In this document: positions 55,351-64,000 of the stretch, piece after piece
Layout of the letters: the number at the start of each line of letters is the position of its first letter
Numbering within the stretch: the first letter of the stretch is position 1
Source of the DNA: the human T2T-CHM13v2.0 reference genome, Homo sapiens
DNA: 64,000 bases
Assembly: GCF_009914755.1 (NCBI RefSeq)
Contig: NC_060943.1
Strand: one strand, 5' to 3'
The notes under the pieces: generated by a model
What the model saw: only the letters and a program-made list of their open reading frames with translations
Told to the model about the DNA's origin: nothing
Database searches by the model: none
Program-made: the position numbers and the translations under genes

Positions 55351-58150
55351 CAGAGACGGGGACAGGGAGGGAGAAAGACCCGCAGGTGCAGACGGAGAGG
55401 GAGGGGGAGACGGGGAGATGGAGAGAGAGGGAGGGGTCGCGAGACAAAACCAGAGAGTGGGGAGGGAGAGACCGGGAGCGGGAGAAACAGACGGGGAGAA
55501 GAGAAAAAGAAGCCCAGAAAGGAACAGAGGTGAAGGAGAGACGAAAAGAGAGGCAGAGAGACCAAAAAAAAAAAAAAAGAGAGAGAGAGAGAGACAGAGA
55601 TGGGAGAGGAACTCTGGGTGCTGGAGGCTGCCTCTGTGTCCACCCCCGCCCTCCCACAGCCCCCTCCTTCTTCCCCATGGGGTAGGACTTGGGAGAGGGG
55701 AATAGGTGTTTTCCTTGTTTCACCAAAGCACGCAAGAAATCCCACCGCAGACCTCGGAGTCCCGGCCCCACTGCCCGTTCTGCGTGCCTCAGTTTACCCA
55801 TCTGTAAAATGTGCGTGTGGTGGGCCGAATTCTGGGTCTGACACTGTCAGATTCTGGACCCCGTCGTCTGGGAGTCCTGCAGCCCCCAAGCCCATTCCCA
55901 TGGGGCTGGGAGCCTCACCCTACCCCCACCCCATGGTCCTCCGAGTCCCGCACTTCGGAGCTGCCTCCTGGTCAAAGCTCTCCCCTGGCGCCGTCTCCAA
56001 CAGTAATTATGGGAGAGGGGCTGGGGGAGGGGCGGGCGGGCTCCTCGGCGGGGGTGGGGGCGGTCGATGAATTCGAATTACCGTCTCTAATTCATCACCG
56101 TCGCCGGGTCGATAGCTTCGGCCGTCTTCAAATATTGTTTAAATTGCAACTCCGGAGGAAAAGTATTTTTTGTAACTGATCAGAAAAAAAATACGTATAT
56201 AGATAATACAAAGTTAGATGGAGGTGGTTGAAAGAAGGGCCTCATCTCCTCCTGTGGGCACCATGGGGAGGCAGGAGCCCAGAATCCCTGAGGGATGGTG
56301 GAGCCCAGCATGGAGGAAACTGAGGCAGGGAGGACCCCCCACCCCCACCCCAGGTGGATGGGATGCTTTGCCCTTAAGCAGAACGAAGTGTCCTAGGGAC
56401 AAAAACCAGAGCTGTGTATGGAGTTGCATGCTGAGGGCAGCTGGTGCAGGAATTGGGCACCTCTGTTTGGTGGTGGGTGAGCAGGGGGGATGCCAGGGAC
56501 TGGGGACCTGAGGGGAAGGACATGGAAAGGAAAAAGAGGCAGAACCTCTTCCCCACCCAGGCTCATACAGGCCCTCCCTCCCCGGCTTCTCCCCCCTACC
56601 CGCTGCCACCATCAAGGGCTGAGGTTGAAATGGGCGAGGCAATCTGGGAGTCCCCCTTAAAGGGACAGGTGTCCACCCCCCACAAGCACTCTGGAACCCC
56701 CACCCAAACTCTGGATGAAGGGGAGGGATGAGCAGGGAGAGGAGGAGGAGGAGGAGAGGGAAGGGAGGGAAGGAAGGGGAGAGAGGAGAGAGGGAAAGAC
56801 CCCTGTGCCTTTTGCAAAAACCCCACTTTCCACTGCAAGGGGTCCACGCCTCTTACGGACACCCCCAGAAAAATATGCCCCACGCCACTAGACAGTAGAG
56901 ATAACCAAGGTTGGGGGCTTGGAGACCCGGGCCTTCCCTGGGCTCTGTCCCTGGCTGATCCCTGGCAAAAGGACTTGAGCCTCAGTTTTCTTATCTGAGA
57001 AATGGGCAGAATGAAATGACGCCTAGGAGAGGGGGTATGAGGGGCTGGAGGGGCTCAGGGGTCTGAAGGGGCCACCGTAGGTTTCCACAGGGATGCACGG
57101 AGTGTGGATAGACCGAGACCGTGCCCAGGGCCACGAGAACCAGACCCACGTGGGGCTGCGCGCGAGACTCAGGTGACTCTGGTGCCCCCACACCAGCACC
57201 CTCCCACAAAACTTCAGGGCCCGGGGAGGAGCAGCCCTAGCTAGGGACCTGGGCCAGGATCAGGGATCAGGCTCCCGCCTCCCGTGCAGAGGGGGAGGGA
57301 GATGGGGAGGGGTCCCACTGGATGCCCACAGCCCTTCCCCTCCTCCTCAGCTCACCTGCCCGGAACGACATTTTGAACCCGATGCGGTTCCCATGCCCAC
57401 CCTACAGACCAGCAAGCTGAGGCCGAAGAGAAAGGCGCTTGCCAGAGCCCCGCACTGCTTCTGATGCGGAGTCAGCTTCCGCTAGGAGGGGCCGTAACAG
57501 GACCAGGGCGTGGCTTTCGGCTGCTCTGACCCCGCTGAGTCTGGTGGGCCTAACACTAGGCTGGAGATGCCCAGGCTCCCTGACCTCCAGCAGAGATGGG
57601 GGAGCATTCCAGGAAGGTGACGCTTCGGGACGAAGTCTTGGAGGTGTATTGAGGTCAAGGACCACAGAGAAGGGACCGGCGGGGGGGCGGGGGGTGGCAC
57701 TTTCCACGTTCTCAGCCACTTGGCCGATCCTCAGGTGGGGCCAGGTGACCGGCCAGTTCCACCTCCCCACCCCACAGGAGCCACATCCTTTAGGGGTGGT
57801 GAGGCCTGCGCTGCGCTTCCCCCTGTGCCCCAGCTCCTCCAAGTATGATGATGTTGTGGGCATGTGAGTCCTCTCACCTGGGAGACCACCGGAGACTCCC
57901 AGAGAGGATGGGCGGTGGGGGGGGGCCAGGTCCCAGCCTCATCGAGTCCAGCTCAGAGCCCCCAGGACCATCCCCGCTTTTGCTTTTCCCAGCAGACCTC
58001 CCCCTCCCAACGCCAGCCTCGGTCCCAATAATTCCTTTCTGTAGCCTGGGAGACAGGGACGCTCGCCCCCAACACAGAGGAGTCTGGGGGAGTCTCTTGA
58101 GTGGTGAGGGGCTGGAGCTGGCCTTTGGCTCTGAAGTCCTCTTAGCCTGA

Positions 58151-58723
<573 letters not shown>

Positions 58724-59599
58724 TAAATGTGGTTTCCTGTGGTGGCCTACAGTGCCTGACCCTGGCCTCCTGCGTGGATGTGGGAGGGGACTTCTGGCCG
58801 GTGGGACCAGCAGGGACAAAGGCTGGGAGGTGGGAAAGTCCTGAGCAGCTGTTAGGAGGGAGGCTGAGCCGGGCAGGTAGCCCGGCTTACCCGGGAGAGC
58901 TGGCGCTGGGTGGAATCAAGTTCTTAATTAAATATGGGCCCTGATCAATAGGGAGGGAAGCACTGGTGGGGTAGGGGAGAGGCTGAACAAGGAGCCAGGG
59001 AGACCCACCTGACCTTGGGCAGCCTTGGGACACCTACGGCCTCAGTTTTCCCTCTGCCAAGTAGGTGCTAATGTGAGAGGGGCTGAGAAACCGGCACCCC
59101 TCCTGAGTCCCGAGTGTGGGCAGATGTGGGGGGCGATGGGGGACCCCTCCGAGCTACCAAGTCATGACCTCAGAGCCACAGATTCACAGAAGAGAGAAAC
59201 AAAGACTGGAAGATGTGCCTGGCACAGGCTGCTGGAGAGGCGTGCCCGGGTCACAAGTGTAGACGCACCCGGAGACACGTGTGTAGACGCCTCCGTTCAC
59301 ACTGGGACGAGTGCAGACTGACCCAGGACCCCCATCCGCCCTCTGGCAGTCTTGAGCCAGCAACTCCCCTAAGTGGGGTGCGGGGACATCTGGAAGACGC
59401 CCCATCTCCCCCTGGACGCAGTGGCTGCGCCATCTGGAGACCCTCGTGCTGGCTGCTGGGGGTCCTGCGTGCCTTCCGCGCGCCCCCAGCTGCGCCCGCC
59501 AGCCCTCCAACCCTCCTGCCCTCCTGCCCTCCTGCCCTCCTCTCTGGGAGTCGGGACAGAAGCTGCTGGGCTCTCCTCCCTGGAGCTGGGGCTTTGGGA

Positions 59600-60110
59600 A
59601 GGTCGAGTAGACCCTCAGTGAGTGGGATGCGCGAGTTGGGGACGCTAGTTGCGGGGCAGCAGGGGTCCACGCATTTCCAAGCGCCCTTTCCCGTCCAAGG
59701 ACCTGCTGGGGGGATGACTGTGCCTCAGTTTCCATCACCCAGCAAACGCCGTCCCGCAGCACCCGGGAAGCTGCGGAGTCGGGCTGGGGCCGCCGCGTTG
59801 CGCACATCGGTCCTTGGCGGGTGTGTGGATCCCAGAGCGCGCCCGGCCCCCAACAGCCTGACAGGACCTGGACGCACGTGCCCCGGCGCCAGGAGACCCG
59901 GGACCCGGGACCACGCGCCCGCGGCCTTGGAGCCTCAGGGTCACTGGTGCGGGCTCCGCAGGAAAGCGCAGCCCCCAGCAGGCACCCACCATCCCACCCC
60001 CGCATCCCACCCCAGGGGAAACCGCGCCGCACCAGGCGCGAGTGTTCTTCTTCCTTGTCTGGCGCCCCAGAACCGCGGCCGTCCTGGGTGCGCTCAGCTC
60101 CAGCGCAGTG
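59600..60110. promoter_or_regulatory. Intronic CpG-rich segment
   Basis: Elevated CpG and GC in unique sequence. Confidence 0.6.
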
Positions 60111-60192
60111 GGAGGACAAGACACGTTCCTCCTCCCCTCCTCCACCTCCCTTGTTTTTGCTCCCTGGTTCCCTAAAATATTCTACATTCTTT

Positions 60193-60830
<638 letters not shown>

Positions 60831-61029
60831 TCGACATGATTTTACAATAGTTAACGCATTCGCCAGTTTCCGAATTTCAATGCAAGATGAGGTGGCTTCC
60901 ATTGCCCTCCCTTCTGCAAATCACAGTCTGTATTTCTCCTTCTTGCAAAAGGCTGCGCTCCAGGGATAAATTCTTTTTATTTCCCTTTTTTGTTTTTTTT
61001 TTTTTTTTAACAGAAAGGGGAGCTTCAGA

Positions 61030-61285
61030 TGCTCCGAGATTCTTCCCCCCGGCTCAGATCCGTGAAGCGCGCATCCTGGTCATTTTTGCCGGCCGCCTAG
61101 TACTCTCTGACTCGGCGGTGGTTTCAGGTTTTCCTGAACCACTTCCCCGCCCCGCTGACATTTAGGCTGTTTCCAATCGTTCGCGGTCACCATAGCGGCT
61201 GCAATGAATACGTCCGGGGCGGATCATTTTACGAGTGTGAGTTTATCTGTGGATTAATTTCCCAATAATTGAAACGCTGGGTCAG
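61030..61285 (-). mobile_element. Ancient L1ME-like fragment, unusually CpG-rich
   Basis: GACATTTAGGCTGTTTCCAAT..GCTGCAATGAATA..TATCTGTGGATTAATTTCC..GCTGGGTCA follows the antisense L1ME layout. Confidence 0.7.
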
Positions 61286-63682
61286 CCTCCCCAGCCCCTT
61301 TCTGGGTGGCCGCTTCAGCCGCTTCTTATCACTGATTCCTTTCCTGTCATCTTTTTCAAATCCATTTCCCACTGCAGGCGCTGTGTCTCCGTAACATTTT
61401 TTTAAAAAATCAACGCCTTGTGCGTGCGTGTGTTTGCCCACTGGCTTTGCTCCTGTTTGAGGGTGCCTGAATGGGGTGGGTCTCTGTAGCTGAATGTCCG
61501 AGGGTGAGAGGTGCCCCCTGACACCCCCATGCCCCCACCCCATGGCGGCCCAGCCTCCAGATGGAGCCACGAGGGAGGGACAGCCCGAGAGTCCAAGTGG
61601 AAATGCGTTTCCCGGTTAAGTCTTTGAAGGCTCAGAACTAATTTGAAAATGCAGTCATTAAAATCCCATCAGGGGAGGCTGGCGGGGAAAGCTGGAGGGA
61701 GAGGGGTGGGGACAAGAGGGAGGCTGGGCGCCTGCTGAGGCCAAGGTGGGCTCCGCGTGAGATGTGGGCAGGGCAGGCATGGGGAGGGTAAGCCACCCAG
61801 AGTGGAGGGGTAGTGGGAACAGAGTGGGGCCAGATGAGGGGCTGGGGAGGCCTCTGGGGGTCCACGCCTGGGGCATGACTCAGCCCCATCTCCTTGGAGA
61901 AGGTTCCACTGCCTCCCACCCATGGGAATCAATTTTCCAGCTCCCCGAGGGGTGCAGGGTGTAGACAGAGGGTGTAGGTATGTGACCCGGGCCCCCCACA
62001 GTAACTGGACATGTGACCTTGGGCAAGTCACCCACTGACTCGAGTCTGGAGAGGCCACGGGGGGGGGATGCGCAGGGGGGACAAGACACCAGCATGGGGG
62101 TGGGGGGCATCAGTACAACCCACATCTGGGGCAGGGCAGCTGGTGGCGGGGACAGGACGCGTCGCCAAGGAAACCGGTCATCATCCCAGCTGGAGACCGG
62201 GCTCCATATTGAATTGTCTGCTCCCTGAAGCCAGAGGTGGCTGAGGGAGGGGATCTCCGGCTCCAGGACACAGGGAGGACGGGCACACAGCGGGGTAGAC
62301 TCACGTGGCTTGGTGGTTTGGGGCACTGTACAGACTGTCGGGCACAGAGGGACATGGGATGGTCACTTGAATCGCCCATTGCTGCATCCTGGGGCGTCTT
62401 CTTCTCCCTTGGGCATTGCCCAGCTGGTCTCCATCTCCTCTAGTTGCTCTTTGATCTCCTCCCTGGACCTTGGGGACCCCCCAGGAGCCTCCACATCCCT
62501 CCCGTCCTGGTGCCACCCTGGCTTGTGTCTCTCCTGCCGTGCCGCCCCCAGCACTGCCGGCGTCCACTGGGATTCAGGGACCTTCCCTCCAGCTGTCCTG
62601 AAGCCTGGGCCTGGTCTTCTGGTCCATCCTCCCTCCCAGCCAGCAGTGTATCCACTCGAAGGCCTCAGAGAGCCCAGTGGAGCCCGCGCCTCCCCTCCAG
62701 TACCCACCCAAAGGCGTCCTCTCTCCCCCTTTCCTGGACTCAGAGCGGAGCTGGCCTCCTCATTGGGGAACAGAGTCCCAGGCAGCCGCCGCTTCACGCT
62801 GTCCTGTGACTGTGAGTGGAGGCCAGCTCCTGGAGCTGCCTCTCTCTGGCCTCACGCAGCAGCTGCTCCCTGAATGGTGAATGGATGAGTCGGTTGCAGG
62901 TCCGTGCTTCGGCGTTCATTCCTTCGTGACTCTCGGGACTGCGGCCCGGTGGGGACACAGGGCTCTGGGTCACTGCGTCCACTTGATAAACCAGGAACCT
63001 GATGTCCAGAGAGGCCAGGGTGCGCGTTCAAGGCCACTCGGCCCGCAGAGCCCACCCGCGTCCCCATGGCCGCAGTGGTGAGGGGAGCAGGGGGAGGCAG
63101 AGAGGAGCCCACCCTGGGGCTGGGCGGACATGGATGCGTAACCCACACCGCAGGCTTCTGCGGGGTGACACCCAGACTCACCCCAAGACCCTGCACACCC
63201 TACAGCTCTCACGTCTCACGTCCACACCGCGAGCCAGCTGCATCCCACACAGGGATGTCACACCAAGATCCGTTGCCTCATCCACCGCCCGTCCAAGGCC
63301 CCACAAGCTGACGCCGGTTTTCCCGCCCAGAACGGGAACAGCTTTCCTAACGGTCACAGGTTTCTTAGCTTCTCACTTGGGTGGGGTTTGGATGTGCAAG
63401 GCTGCCGACCCCCATCGTGGTTGAGCGCCCGTGCAGGCGCCACCCACCCACCCACAGCACCTCGCTCAGACTTCGCCCTCCACCCCGCCGGGACATTTGG
63501 GAAGCCTCAGGCAGCCCCACGCGGGCACACCCGATGGTGGACGGAGGCTGGCACCCTCAGCCCGCACGCGGCCAACGTCAGGCGCGCGCAGAGGCACCCA
63601 CGGGCCCGCCTTCAGGGGCGAGGCGGATGCTGCATCCTGAAGCCCTCCCTGTTACAAGCCCAGCCCCTCCAAAGGCCTCTGG

Positions 63683-63873
63683 ATGAAGGGGAGGATGAAG
63701 GGGGAGAGAAGGAGGAGGAGGGGGAGAGGGAAGGAAGGGAAGTGAGGGAAGGAAGGGGAAGAGGGGAGGGAGGTAAAGAGAGGGAGGGAAGGAAAGGGAG
63801 GAAAAGAAAAGAGCAGAGAGGGGAGAGGGAGGGAGGGTGAGTGGAAAAGGAGGGGTGAGGAGGAGGAGAGGGG
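63683..63873 (+). repeat. Polypurine GA-rich low-complexity tract
   Basis: Nearly pure G/A. Confidence 0.9.
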
Positions 63874-64000
63874 ATGGTCCCCTCTTGGAGGGTGATGGGG
63901 GTTGACAGGTGGGCCCCAGCTTGGGTTGCAGCAATGAGTGAATTCAGGGCCCCTACTCAGCTACTGGCTTCCTGCTGAGGGCACTCGGGGAGCCCCAATG

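Noticed and set aside
59184-60175. 311-aa (-) and 320-aa (+) intronic ORFs
   Set aside because: GC-rich stop-poor DNA containing a MIR core, non-ATG starts, no recognisable domain.

Overview
Human (primate) GC-rich, very Alu-dense genomic DNA. I recognise it as the chr19p13.3 region upstream of and including the first exon of ONECUT3. The only supportable protein-coding sequence is ONECUT3 coding exon 1 (+, ATG 50929 to splice donor after 52120; TP box, Gly/Ala/Pro-rich tracts, CUT domain). The homeodomain exon is not in the window, so 52121-64000 is intron 1. Bases 1-41250 are a mosaic of roughly 60 Alu elements or fragments, MaLR LTRs, old L1/L2/MIR/MER5A relics and long (TGGA)n, (TA)n and (TG)n arrays, broken by small unique islands. 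41250-53800 is Alu-free and CpG-island rich. The remaining ORFs in the track are Alu-, microsatellite- or GC-shadow artefacts. The most interesting pattern is regulatory: most unique islands across about 55 kb carry CUT-class (RTCRAT: ATCGAT/ATCAAT/GTCGAT/GTCAAT) motifs, often paired or next to E-boxes, which suggests a CpG-containing ONECUT auto/cross-regulatory enhancer chain. An orphan CpG island at 22.6-23.4 kb has promoter-type motif content (NRF1, GC box, perfect RFX X-box, CCAAT). Motif counts and repeat boundaries were read by eye and are approximate. No novel protein-coding system was found.
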